Shown piece after piece: positions 9,037-17,998 of a stretch of 64,000 nt of DNA. Location of the stretch: contig DATJJY010000084.1 of NCBI GenBank assembly GCA_035491895.1, positions 7,192-71,191 of the forward strand, given 5' to 3'. Position 1 is the first letter of the stretch. The number at the start of each line of letters is the position of its first letter. Origin of the DNA: Gemmatimonadales bacterium (GTDB lineage: Bacteria; Gemmatimonadota; Gemmatimonadetes; Gemmatimonadales; GWC2-71-9). Below the pieces are notes generated by a model. The model did not search any database. It was given only the letters and a program-made list of their open reading frames with translations, and was not told the DNA's origin. The position numbers were made by a program, and so were the translations under genes.

Positions 9037-10466
9037 GGCGCCGATCCTCCGAGCGCCGTGGCGGCCCGCGCCAGAAGCTGCTGCAGCGGCCCGGGAATCG
9101 CGATCCCCAGAGCAAGCGCGGCGACGACGAGCGCCGCGGGACCCGCGACGAGCCATGCGCTCTCCCGGGCGCGCGGTCCGGAGGAGGCCACCGGTCCATA
9201 CAGCATCCCCAACATCATCGCCCCGACCCCGATGAAGATCACCGCGAGCAGGGCGAGGACCGCGCCCGCGATCCAGGGATGGCCGCCGGCCCAGGCCGCA
9301 CGCACGATCGTGAACTCGCTCAGGAACATCCCGAACGGCGGTGACCCCGTCACCGCGAACAGTCCCAGGAGGAGCAGGATTCCGGACACGGGGACCGCGC
9401 GCAGTACGCCTCCGCCGGATGATGGAAACGCAGTGGCGGCAGGGCCGACAACCAGCACGGCGTTCCCGACCGCGAGGAAGAGGAGTCCTTTTACCACCGC
9501 GTTGTTGACCAGGTGCAGCACGCTGCCGTAGACCCCGACGCCCCCCAATCCCAGCCCGAGGACGAGCAAGCCCACGTGCTCGACGCTCGAGTACGCGAGC
9601 AGGCGCTTCACGTCGGTTTGCCCGACGACGAACGCCGCCGCCACCGTGAGCGAGAGCAGTCCGAAGATCACGAGCGGCGGCTGCACGAATTGACCCAGGC
9701 CGGCGGCAACCGCGACCTCGGTTACCCGAGCGATCCCCAGGAACGCACAGCTGGTGAGGCCCCCGGCCATCAGGCCGCCGACCAACGCCGGCGCCTCGCC
9801 GTACGTGTCCGGCTTCCAGGTGTGCATCGGCGCGAGCCCCAGTTTGGTGCCGTACCCCACCAGCAGGAAGACGAACGCCGCCTTGAGCCAGACCGGATGC
9901 AGCAATGCCGCATGCGCGACGAGATCCTCCAACACAAGTGGCCGTACTCCCGGGCTGAGCTCTCCCTGGGCGGTGGAGAGAAAGAAGGTCCCGAGCAACG
10001 CCAGTGCGATGCCGACCGACGAGAGGACGAGATACTTCCACACTGCCTCGAGGGACCGCCGGTCGCGCCGCTGGAAGATGAGGGGCGCCAACGCCAGGGT
10101 CGTGCCTTCCATCCCCACCCACAGGAGTGCCAGATGATGGCTCACGGCAACCAGTGATGCGGTGGCGAGAAATGCGAGGAGCCAGCTCGCAAACCCGCGC
10201 CCGGTCCGTTCGCACCGCAGGTATCCCACCGCGTACGTCGCCACGACGAAGAACAGCAGGCTGACGACCGAAAGGACGACGAGCCCGAGCGGGTCGAGCG
10301 CGAGCCACCCATCGAGCACGGCAGCGGGTGGTGACCACCACGCCGTCGCGACGAGTATCAGATGAATGGCCGCCACCCATACCAGCCAACCGCCGTGCCG
10401 GGTGCCCCGGGCGAAGGCTCCCGCGGCGCCGAGCGCGGGGACGAGGAACAGCGCGAGCAGGAGCAT
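9033..10466 (-). CDS. Antiporter-like membrane subunit (HyfF / NuoN / Mrp-type)
   Basis: Start MLLLALFLVPALG (ATG 10466, 1-nt overlap with the upstream TGA). LLWVGMEGTTLALAPLI, WKYLVLSSVGIALALLG and LAPMHTWKPDTYGEAPALVGGLMAGGL are typical of the proton-conducting NuoL/M/N family. Confidence 0.85.
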   Translation of the reverse strand: MLLLALFLVPALGAAGAFARGTRHGGWLVWVAAIHLILVATAWWSPPAAVLDGWLALDPLGLVVLSVVSLLFFVVATYAVGYLRCERTGRGFASWLLAFLATASLVAVSHHLALLWVGMEGTTLALAPLIFQRRDRRSLEAVWKYLVLSSVGIALALLGTFFLSTAQGELSPGVRPLVLEDLVAHAALLHPVWLKAAFVFLLVGYGTKLGLAPMHTWKPDTYGEAPALVGGLMAGGLTSCAFLGIARVTEVAVAAGLGQFVQPPLVIFGLLSLTVAAAFVVGQTDVKRLLAYSSVEHVGLLVLGLGLGGVGVYGSVLHLVNNAVVKGLLFLAVGNAVLVVGPAATAFPSSGGGVLRAVPVSGILLLLGLFAVTGSPPFGMFLSEFTIVRAAWAGGHPWIAGAVLALLAVIFIGVGAMMLGMLYGPVASSGPRARESAWLVAGPAALVVAALALGIAIPGPLQQLLARAATALGGSAP

Positions 10467-11104
10467 CAGTCTCTCAGCTCCGTGAGCCGGGCCGAGTCGA
10501 GCGAATCGAACTCCCGGTTGATGTGGAACACGACGATCCCCATGATGAACACACCCACGAACACGTCGAGCAGGACGCCGACCTCGACGAGAAAGGGAAC
10601 GCGGTCCAGGCTCGTCAACCCGAACACATAGATCCCGTTCTCCAGCATGAGGTAGCCCACCACCTGGATCAACGCTTTCGCCCGCGTGGCCAGGACCTGG
10701 AGCCCCATGATGACGCACGCGAGCGAGGTGGTGACCAGCAACACCGGATGCTCACCCGGCACCGGGAGCCGCACCGCCACCGCGCCGGCCACGGCGACGG
10801 CGAGAATTCCCAGCACGAGGGACGCGACATAACCGACCCGTGGCTCAACTTCCCGGCGGACCGCGGCTTCCCGAATCGCCCAGATGAGGAACCAGGGCAG
10901 CACGATCGCCTTCACGAGGATCGTTCCCGCCGCGAGGCCCAGTGTATGGACCGACCACTGCGGGCGCAGCACGAGCGGCAGCAGGCCGAGCAATCCACCC
11001 TGCACCGCCACGGCCCGGATGCACGTCGTGAGCCGCGTGGTGCCGAGAATGAGAAAGCCGAACAACAGGACCAGCAGCAGGAGTAGGTCTGCCAGACGTT
11101 CCAT
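10466..11104 (-). CDS. HyfE-like small membrane subunit (NuoK-related)
   Basis: 212 aa, about 6-7 TM helices. The C-terminal ..GYLMLENGIYVFGL..VPFLVEVGVLLDVFVGVFIMGIVV pattern resembles hydrogenase-4 component E. Confidence 0.8.
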   Translation of the reverse strand: MERLADLLLLLVLLFGFLILGTTRLTTCIRAVAVQGGLLGLLPLVLRPQWSVHTLGLAAGTILVKAIVLPWFLIWAIREAAVRREVEPRVGYVASLVLGILAVAVAGAVAVRLPVPGEHPVLLVTTSLACVIMGLQVLATRAKALIQVVGYLMLENGIYVFGLTSLDRVPFLVEVGVLLDVFVGVFIMGIVVFHINREFDSLDSARLTELRD

Positions 11105-11106
11105 GA

Positions 11107-12093
11107 TTAGCTGAGGAGCTGGAGGATGGCACCGAGCGACGCCAGCACCGATGCGGCAACCAGGAACTGCGGGACTCGGCTCAAGCGGAACCGCGCCATG
11201 CTGGATTCGACCACGCCCACGGCGACGGCCACCGTCAAAAGACCCGCCACGAGCAATCCCAATGCCGCGGGACCGGGGAGACGGCCACGGGACGCCAGAA
11301 CACCGACCAGTAGCGCGGCGAAGAGGGCCATTCTGAGCGCGGCGCCGTAGAGGAGCAGCGCCAGATCCGGGCCACTGTGATCGAGCACGGTAACCTCGTG
11401 AATCATGGTCAGCTCGAGGTGCGTGGCGGGATCGTCCACCGGCATGCGGGACGCTTCCGTCAGCAGCACGAAGAACAGGCTCGCCGCGGCCATCGCCAGC
11501 GCCGGCGCCGCCGCGCCCCAGGGAAGCGCTTGCGTTCCGCCGAGCATCCCTTCGAGCGAAAGCTGCCCGCTGGCGAGTGCCAGCACGACGAAGCTGAGAA
11601 ACAGCGCCGGCTCGACGAGCGATGCGAAGGTCGCGTCGCGGCTCGCGCCCATCCCTTCAAAGCTCGATCCGGTATCGAGCGCCGCGAGCACCAGGGTGAA
11701 GCGGCCCAAGGCCAGCAGCGCGGCGAACCCCACGAAATCGCCGGTGAAACCAAACAGTGCGTGGCGCCCGTCGAGCGGCAGTAACCCCAGAGCGAGCAAC
11801 GGAGTCACCAGTCCGGCCACAGGGGCCAGGCGGAATATCCAAGTCGTCGTCGTGCTGTACACGGCACCCTTGCGCACCAAGCGGAAGAGGTCCCAGTAGA
11901 GCTGCATCAGCGGCGCACCGCGCCGGCCAGTGAGCACCGCTTTCGTCTTGGCTGCGACCCCGGGAAGCACGGGCGCGAGCGCCAGCAGAACGAGGAAGCC
12001 GACGGCGGATGACGCGGTCAGGGGGACGCCCCCTGCGCCAGATAGAGGAGGAGCAGCAGCAGGATAGCGATGACGTACAGGAGGTACACCCAC
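11107..12093 (-). CDS. HycD/HyfC/NuoH-like membrane subunit
   Basis: ..AKTKAVLTGRRGAPLMQLYWDLFRLVRKG.. matches the HycD/NuoH N-terminal loop, and the protein has multiple TM helices. Start is uncertain. The first canonical in-frame start is GTG 12093 (75-nt overlap with the upstream gene). A CTG at 12021 would give a CTGA stop/start overlap and a HycD-like length. Confidence 0.8.
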   Translation of the reverse strand: MGVPPVRHRYPAAAPPLSGAGGVPLTASSAVGFLVLLALAPVLPGVAAKTKAVLTGRRGAPLMQLYWDLFRLVRKGAVYSTTTTWIFRLAPVAGLVTPLLALGLLPLDGRHALFGFTGDFVGFAALLALGRFTLVLAALDTGSSFEGMGASRDATFASLVEPALFLSFVVLALASGQLSLEGMLGGTQALPWGAAAPALAMAAASLFFVLLTEASRMPVDDPATHLELTMIHEVTVLDHSGPDLALLLYGAALRMALFAALLVGVLASRGRLPGPAALGLLVAGLLTVAVAVGVVESSMARFRLSRVPQFLVAASVLASLGAILQLLS

Positions 12094-13985
12094 AACCGGC
12101 CGTGCTGGAGGGGACGGAGCCGCGCCAACACCCCACGCACGGCGCTCCAAGCGGGGAGGATCGCTCCGTCCAGGACGAGCTCGCGGGCTTGACTGTGAAA
12201 CGCCCTTCCCCCATGGGCGTGCGTTTCGTGGACGCCAGCCAAGCGGCCATACGCCGCGAGGAGCGGAGCCGCGAACGACGATGCCGTGTACTGCATCCGC
12301 TCGTTCTGGAGGGCGTAGCCGCACCCCCAGGTCTCCGCCCGCGTGAGCGACCGGCGCCGGCGTACGGCTGCCCACGCCACGGCACCGAGAGCAAGGAGCA
12401 CGACGAGCACGAGCGACCAGAGCCCGAGGCGGACGATCCCCGCGAAGACCTCGCTCCCGCTCGCCGGGAACGGGATTCGCGCGATCGACGCGCCTACGAC
12501 GAGGGCCGGCCCAACCGCGAGACCCGGTGCCAGCCCGATGAAAGCGCACGCCCCCGCCAGACCGAACATCGGACCCAGCATGCCGCCTGCGACCTCGTGC
12601 CCATGTAGCGCCGCGTCACTTCGAGGCACCCCCAGGAACACGACGCCGCATACCTTCGCGAAACATGCCAGGGCGAGGCCACCAATGATCGCGAGGCCGA
12701 CTACGCCGAGGAGAACCAACCGGATGGACCCTCCAGCCGTGCCGCCACGCAGCAGGCCGAGATAGATCACCCATTCGCTCACGAAGCCGTTGAGCGGCGG
12801 CAATCCCACAATGGCGACGGAACCGATTAGGAACGACACCCAGGTGAAGGGCATGCGCCGTCCCAGGCCGCCGAGGCGATCCATGATTCGCGTCCCCGTC
12901 GCGTGAACCGTCGCGCCGGCGCCCAGGAACAGGAGGCTTTTGAAGAGTGCATGATTCATCGTGTGGAGCACCGCGCCGGCGAACCCGAGCACCGCAACGA
13001 GGGGAACTCCGTAGGCCGCGCCCAAGGCCCCCGTTCCCAACCCGATGAGAATGATCCCGATATTTTCGACGCTATGATAGGCGAGGAGGCGCTTCAGGTC
13101 GTGCTGCGCCAGGGCCCAAAGCACGCCGAGAACACCCGACAGCACTCCGCTCACCAGCACCAGCCAGCCCCACCACGCAGGGGGCGCACCGAGCAGGCTC
13201 ACCACCCGGATCAGACCGTAGATCCCCATCTTGATGACCACTCCGGACATCAACGCGGAGACGTGCGTTGGGGCCGACGCGTGGGCGTCGGGAAGCCAGA
13301 AGTGGAGCGGGACGAGACCCGCCTTGAGGCCGAATCCGAAGAGCGCAAGACACAGCACGAGCGCACCTCGGGCGGGCAGGCTGCCAGCCCGACTCGCCAA
13401 AGCGTCGAAGGTGAGTCCACCTCCGGCGCCCGCCCAGGAGGCGAACAGCGCGATCAGCGCGAGGGTGCCAACGTGAGTCGCCACCAGGTACACCCACCCC
13501 GCGCGTCGCACTTCGGCCCGCTCGTTGTCGAACGTCACCAGGAAGTAGGCGAGTACCGCCATCGCCTCCCAGGCGACGAGAAACGGCACCACGGCTCGCG
13601 CCAATACGACCAGCGCCAGGGCAGCCAGCTCGACCGCGAAGAGGGCACGCGCGGTCGCAACGCCGCGCCGGCTTCCGTCGCCGCCGAGTGCGCGCAAGCC
13701 GTACAACGCGCTCGCCAGGCCCGGGCCGAGGACGACGAGGAGAAACGCCGCCGAGAGGCGATCGAGACCAAACACCCAGGGGCCGCTCGGCGCCGGGATG
13801 GGTATCTGGATGTCCGCCGCCGACCCACCCGCCAGCACGCTCACTGCCGGTGCCGCCGCCACCACGCACCCGACGGCGACCAACAGCCCATACGCGCGAT
13901 CCGCGAGCACGGGCCGGCTGCGTAGCACGGCGGCGCACCCCGCGGCGGCTACAATCGTCGCGAGCCCCCAGAAGCACAGGTTCAC
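12018..13985 (-). CDS. HyfB / NuoL-like antiporter subunit
   Basis: 655 aa. AWEAMAVLAYFLV, HFWLPDAHASAPTHVSALMSGVVIKMGIYGLIRV, LKRLLAYHSVENIGIILIG. GTG start 13985 overlaps the upstream stop (GTGA). Confidence 0.85.
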   Translation of the reverse strand: MNLCFWGLATIVAAAGCAAVLRSRPVLADRAYGLLVAVGCVVAAAPAVSVLAGGSAADIQIPIPAPSGPWVFGLDRLSAAFLLVVLGPGLASALYGLRALGGDGSRRGVATARALFAVELAALALVVLARAVVPFLVAWEAMAVLAYFLVTFDNERAEVRRAGWVYLVATHVGTLALIALFASWAGAGGGLTFDALASRAGSLPARGALVLCLALFGFGLKAGLVPLHFWLPDAHASAPTHVSALMSGVVIKMGIYGLIRVVSLLGAPPAWWGWLVLVSGVLSGVLGVLWALAQHDLKRLLAYHSVENIGIILIGLGTGALGAAYGVPLVAVLGFAGAVLHTMNHALFKSLLFLGAGATVHATGTRIMDRLGGLGRRMPFTWVSFLIGSVAIVGLPPLNGFVSEWVIYLGLLRGGTAGGSIRLVLLGVVGLAIIGGLALACFAKVCGVVFLGVPRSDAALHGHEVAGGMLGPMFGLAGACAFIGLAPGLAVGPALVVGASIARIPFPASGSEVFAGIVRLGLWSLVLVVLLALGAVAWAAVRRRRSLTRAETWGCGYALQNERMQYTASSFAAPLLAAYGRLAGVHETHAHGGRAFHSQARELVLDGAILPAWSAVRGVLARLRPLQHGRLWVYLLYVIAILLLLLLYLAQGASP

Positions 13986-14680
13986 CGCGACGCCACCGGG
14001 TGAGTTCCGCTCGTCGCCTGCTCTAGCTCACGCACGCGGGCGAGCAAAGCATCGGCGCTGGCCCGCCCCTCCAACAGTCCCCTGAGCGTCTTGTCCCGCA
14101 GCACAAAGCCCAGCTGCGCCAGTATCCGGAGGTGGGCTGGGACGTTCGGGCTGATGACGGTGAAGAGTGCGTGCACGGGCTTGCCGTCAACCGCGTCGAA
14201 CCCCACAGGGTGGTGCAACAAGCACAGGGTCACGAACGGGGCCGCGACGTGCAGCAGAATCGGGTTGCGGACATGCGGGATGGCGATTCCGTCGCCGATC
14301 CCCGTCGAGCCCATCGCCTCGCGCGCCTCGAGCACCGTGGCGAGAAAGTCGCGGTCGGCGTCGGCGGGGAGCGGCAGGCGCTTCACGATTTGGTGCAGCA
14401 CCTCTGCTCTTCCTTCTCCCCCGACGTCGTGATGGATCCCCCCGGTAACCAGTAGCTCCGACAGCAAGGCCACGTCCTCGGGCCGACGCCGCGCCTGATC
14501 CAGCAAGCGACGGGACACGGCGATGCCCTGTTCCGTAGCCCACTCCCACAGCTCGATGGCGTTCAGATGGAGGCGTTCGTTGACAGTGTGGGCCGGCAGT
14601 CCGCGCTGGCTGATCCAGCGGCGCACGGTCGACTCGTTGACTCCGAGATACGAGGCCGCCTGGTGGACGGTCAGCTGCAT
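13982..14680 (-). CDS. HTH (excisionase/MerR-type) DNA-binding domain fused to a PTS EIIA(Ntr/Fru)-type domain
   Basis: N-terminus LTVHQAASYLGVNESTVRRWISQRGLPAH (HTH_17-like). C-terminal domain carries STGIGDGIAIPHVRNP (EIIA_2 phospho-His loop) and ..VHALFTVISPNVPAHLRILAQL. Confidence 0.8.
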   Translation of the reverse strand: MQLTVHQAASYLGVNESTVRRWISQRGLPAHTVNERLHLNAIELWEWATEQGIAVSRRLLDQARRRPEDVALLSELLVTGGIHHDVGGEGRAEVLHQIVKRLPLPADADRDFLATVLEAREAMGSTGIGDGIAIPHVRNPILLHVAAPFVTLCLLHHPVGFDAVDGKPVHALFTVISPNVPAHLRILAQLGFVLRDKTLRGLLEGRASADALLARVRELEQATSGTHPVASR

Positions 14681-14751
14681 GCGAGGGCGAGGCGGGGGCG
14701 TGGTGCGGACACCGAGCGCGAAACTAACGGGAAATGACGCCGCCCGTCAAT

Positions 14752-16389
14752 TCACGGACTAGGATCGATACGGAACCGGTAGCGGGTGAGTCGAACGCCT
14801 CCGACACTGACATCACCCGTGATCGTACCGCCCGCTCGCGCGACCGCCGCGTAGAGCTCCTGCATCATCGTGGGATACGAGTTCGCGACCAGCGCCCAAG
14901 CCGTCGGATGCGCAACCGCCGCGAGGCGCGCCGCTTCACGGGCCGCCCAGCCGGAATCACTGACGACGGGGACGCCGAAACCGCGGCCCTCGCGCCACTG
15001 GATTCCGGATGCGAGCCCGAGTACCTCGACCCTGCCGCCGCGCGTCGTCCGGAGGCTGTCGCCTTCCTCCAGCCTAACTGGACGGCCGCGCGGAGGCGTG
15101 TTGTGGAATGCCGCGGCTCCCGGCGTCCCCGCGTATTGCTCGATCCAATCGAGATACGCCGTATCGGCGCGCGCCCAATCGGTCGTGTAGAAAGCCCACG
15201 CCGGGATGCTTCCGCTCGCCAGGTAGATGGGCTCGTCCCCTCGCGCGAGGCGCTGCAGCGAGTCCACCGCCTCCCGCGTGGAAGCTGGACGATATGGATG
15301 GGCGACGTTCACTCCGATGAGCGCGACAATCGCCACGACGCCGAGCGCCCAGCCGAGGCGCGCTCGTTGCAGCGTGGGGGCGGCGAATACCGCCGCGAGG
15401 CCCAGCAGGAAGGTGGGGACCGTGAACATCAGGAGACGGGCGGCGAGCGGGTACCGCTGCAGGCCAGAGGCGACGAGGAGGAGCAAGAGCGGTACGCCGA
15501 GCAGTGCGACGCTCGCGCGCGGCAAGCGGCGCAGCCATACCCAGAGCCCCACACCCACGATATCAGCGAAGCCGATGATGACGGCGGCAGGCGCCGAGCG
15601 GCCGACGATCGACATGAATAGCCCGCGCGCCAGATTCCACCACCCCTCCGCGTGGCTGGGTGCGAAGAACGCGGGGCCCCAGAACTGCTGCATGTACCAA
15701 CTGGCCGCGACCGGTCGGTACAGGAGAGCGTAGAGCGGAACCCACACTGCACCCCACAGAGCCAGGCAAAGGATCAGTCGCCGGGCCGTCCGCCCCCTGA
15801 GGGGGCGTACGCCCACGACGATCGCCGCCGCCGCCCCCGCCAGCAGAAAGGGAGCGGGAAGCGAACCGAGAATCGCGACGAGACTCACGACCCCGAAGCG
15901 GACCCAGACGCCCTTCGAATCCGGGCGATCGAGCAGGTCGAGCGTACACCACATCAGGAGGAGGGTGAACAGTGCGTCGGTGATGTACGGCTTGGCGGTG
16001 ACGCTGTATTGAATCAACGCCGGGGCGAAGGCCGCCAGGGCGGACGCGAGGATCGCCGCGGGCTCCGTCAGGAGCCGGCGCCCCACTCCCCAAACCAGAA
16101 ACGGGATCAGCGAACCCGCCGCGAGGGGGATGAAGCGAAGCGTGTACTCGTTCATCCCCGCGACTGTCGTGCACAGCTTCACGGCCCAGAGAAAGAGAAC
16201 CGGACCCGTCTGGAGCGAGGCCAGTGGACGGAGCAGCTCCATGAAGGAGCGTAGACCCAAGTCCAGGCTCAACGTCGTCTCATCAATCGTCAGCGACGGA
16301 CGGGAGAGGTAGAACCCGAGGCGAAGGGCCGTGCCGAGAATCAGGATTACCGTGAGCAGGAACTGTCGACGCCGGAGCGACAACGTCAC
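14752..16389 (-). CDS. ArnT/PMT_2-like (GT-C fold) membrane glycosyltransferase, paralogue 2
   Basis: GTG 16389 overlaps the upstream stop (GTGA). N-terminus LRLGFYLSRPSLTIDETTLSLDL..PVLFLWAVKLCTTVAGMNEYTLRFIPL, about 10-12 TM helices, plus a C-terminal soluble domain. Clearly paralogous to 16386..17990. Confidence 0.7.
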   Translation of the reverse strand: MTLSLRRRQFLLTVILILGTALRLGFYLSRPSLTIDETTLSLDLGLRSFMELLRPLASLQTGPVLFLWAVKLCTTVAGMNEYTLRFIPLAAGSLIPFLVWGVGRRLLTEPAAILASALAAFAPALIQYSVTAKPYITDALFTLLLMWCTLDLLDRPDSKGVWVRFGVVSLVAILGSLPAPFLLAGAAAAIVVGVRPLRGRTARRLILCLALWGAVWVPLYALLYRPVAASWYMQQFWGPAFFAPSHAEGWWNLARGLFMSIVGRSAPAAVIIGFADIVGVGLWVWLRRLPRASVALLGVPLLLLLVASGLQRYPLAARLLMFTVPTFLLGLAAVFAAPTLQRARLGWALGVVAIVALIGVNVAHPYRPASTREAVDSLQRLARGDEPIYLASGSIPAWAFYTTDWARADTAYLDWIEQYAGTPGAAAFHNTPPRGRPVRLEEGDSLRTTRGGRVEVLGLASGIQWREGRGFGVPVVSDSGWAAREAARLAAVAHPTAWALVANSYPTMMQELYAAVARAGGTITGDVSVGGVRLTRYRFRIDPSP

Positions 16390-17990
16390 GGCGGCCTCGC
16401 GAATCCGACCCGCGAACGCTCGACTCCTCCCACCACCGAGTCGACCTCGATCCGCCCGCCGACACGGTCCAGGGCCGCGAACAGCGAATCCCGCGTGCCT
16501 GCGTACGCGGTGGCGATCAACAGCCAGACGGTGGGCCCGGATTGCTTGATGCGGGCCGCTTCCGTGGCGGCCCACCCCGCGTCAGGGGAGCGGCCGCTCA
16601 ACCCGACCACTTCGCGCCATTGGATCCCCGGGGCGAGGCCGAGGATTTCCACTCTCCCGAGCCGCCGTACATCGGAACCCGCCGCATCGGCCACGGTCAC
16701 TTCTCGGCTCCGCGGCGCCAGGTTGTGGAAGCCCGGAGCATCGGGGACTCCGCCCCAGCGGCGGATTCTCCCGAGGTAGCCGGTGTCGGGGGATGACCAA
16801 TCGGTGGTGTAGAACGCCCAGGCCGGAATTGCGCCGCTCGAGACGTAGACCGGATCGCCAGCTGCGGCCGCGGCGATGGTGCGGATCGCTGGACGCAGCG
16901 CCGGCGTGCGGTAGGGATGCAGAACGTTCACGAGAGCGAGCCCGGCCACGACGAGCGCGCTGATTGTTATGCCGATGAGCCGGCGCCTGGACGAGAGCGC
17001 GACAACGCTCGCCGCAGCGCAGAGCGCGAAGGTCGGCGCCACGCCCAGGAGAACCCTGGCCGAGAGTGGATAACGGTGTACTGGCGACGCGACGAGTACC
17101 GCCAGTATGGGGATCCCGAGGAGACCGGCCGGCGCGCGGCCGGCGCGGCGCGCAAGGATAGCGAAACCAGCCACGAACAGAAGTATGACGAGGGGGATCA
17201 AGACGGCTGGGATCGGACGGGCCACGAGCGACTGTATCACCGCACGTCCAGCCAGCTGCCATCCGGCGACGTCCAACGGGGATAGGAAGGCCCCACTCCA
17301 GAACCGCTGCATGTAGCTGCTCGCGGCGACTGGTCGATACAGGGTGAGATAGAGGTAGAGAAAGGCCACACCCCAGACCGCAATGAGGGCTGCAAGCCGC
17401 GCGGCCGAACCGGCGGTCCTGGGCTTGAGTCCCAGGAGCAGGGCGACAGCGACACCGCCCAACAGAAACGGCGCAGCGATCGACCCCAGGACGGCTGCAA
17501 GTCCAGCTACTCCCAGCCATGCCTGGGCCCGGCGTTCTCCCGGACGGTCCAACAGGCGCAACGTGCTTTGCGCCAAGACGAGCGCGATCACCGCGTCCGT
17601 CATATACGGTTTGGCGATCACGCTGTACTGGACGAGGGTCGGCGCAACGCTGGCGATGCCCGTGGCGACCAGTGCCCCGGCCGGGTCGAGCACCCGTTGG
17701 CCGACGCGCCAGACGAGATAGGGGACGACGAGACCGCCGACCAGCGGCACGCTGCGCAGCGCATACTCGTTCATGCCGCCGATCAGGGTGCACAGCTTGA
17801 CTCCCCAGAGGAACAGCGGCGCAGCCGTCTGCTCGTAGGCGAGGGGATGCAGCAATCCGGCCAACGACCGCGCCCCGATTTCGAGGCTCGTCATCGTTTC
17901 GTCGATCGAGAGGGAGGGGCGGGAGAGGTAGAGGCCGAGGCGCAGGGCGGCGCCGAGGACGAGGAGGAGCCAGAAGACCCGCCGCCGCAT
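16386..17990 (-). CDS. ArnT/PMT_2-like (GT-C fold) membrane glycosyltransferase, paralogue 1
   Basis: MRRRVFWLLLVLGAALRLGLYLSRPSLSIDETMTSLEI..PLFLWGVKLCTLIGGMNEYALRSVPL. Same architecture as the downstream paralogue. Confidence 0.7.
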   Translation of the reverse strand: MRRRVFWLLLVLGAALRLGLYLSRPSLSIDETMTSLEIGARSLAGLLHPLAYEQTAAPLFLWGVKLCTLIGGMNEYALRSVPLVGGLVVPYLVWRVGQRVLDPAGALVATGIASVAPTLVQYSVIAKPYMTDAVIALVLAQSTLRLLDRPGERRAQAWLGVAGLAAVLGSIAAPFLLGGVAVALLLGLKPRTAGSAARLAALIAVWGVAFLYLYLTLYRPVAASSYMQRFWSGAFLSPLDVAGWQLAGRAVIQSLVARPIPAVLIPLVILLFVAGFAILARRAGRAPAGLLGIPILAVLVASPVHRYPLSARVLLGVAPTFALCAAASVVALSSRRRLIGITISALVVAGLALVNVLHPYRTPALRPAIRTIAAAAAGDPVYVSSGAIPAWAFYTTDWSSPDTGYLGRIRRWGGVPDAPGFHNLAPRSREVTVADAAGSDVRRLGRVEILGLAPGIQWREVVGLSGRSPDAGWAATEAARIKQSGPTVWLLIATAYAGTRDSLFAALDRVGGRIEVDSVVGGVERSRVGFARPP

Positions 17991-17998
17991 CGGCGACG

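Noticed and set aside
7525-10389. 954-aa ORF in the track, which might suggest one giant protein.
   Set aside because: Only the C-terminal 503 codons (from ATG 9036) have protein-family character. The upstream part is Arg/Gly/Pro-rich out-of-frame readthrough over the HyfF-like gene, which occupies another frame (9033..10466). This is a typical high-GC long-ORF artefact.
6729-13985. Calling the cluster a formate hydrogenlyase or hydrogenase-4 (hyf/hyc) operon.
   Set aside because: Gene order resembles hyf, but all four Ni-Fe Cys ligands are missing. There is no C-terminal processing extension, and no HyfA, FdhF, FocA, hyp or hycI genes in the window. It is therefore called Ehr-type (hydrogenase-related) instead.
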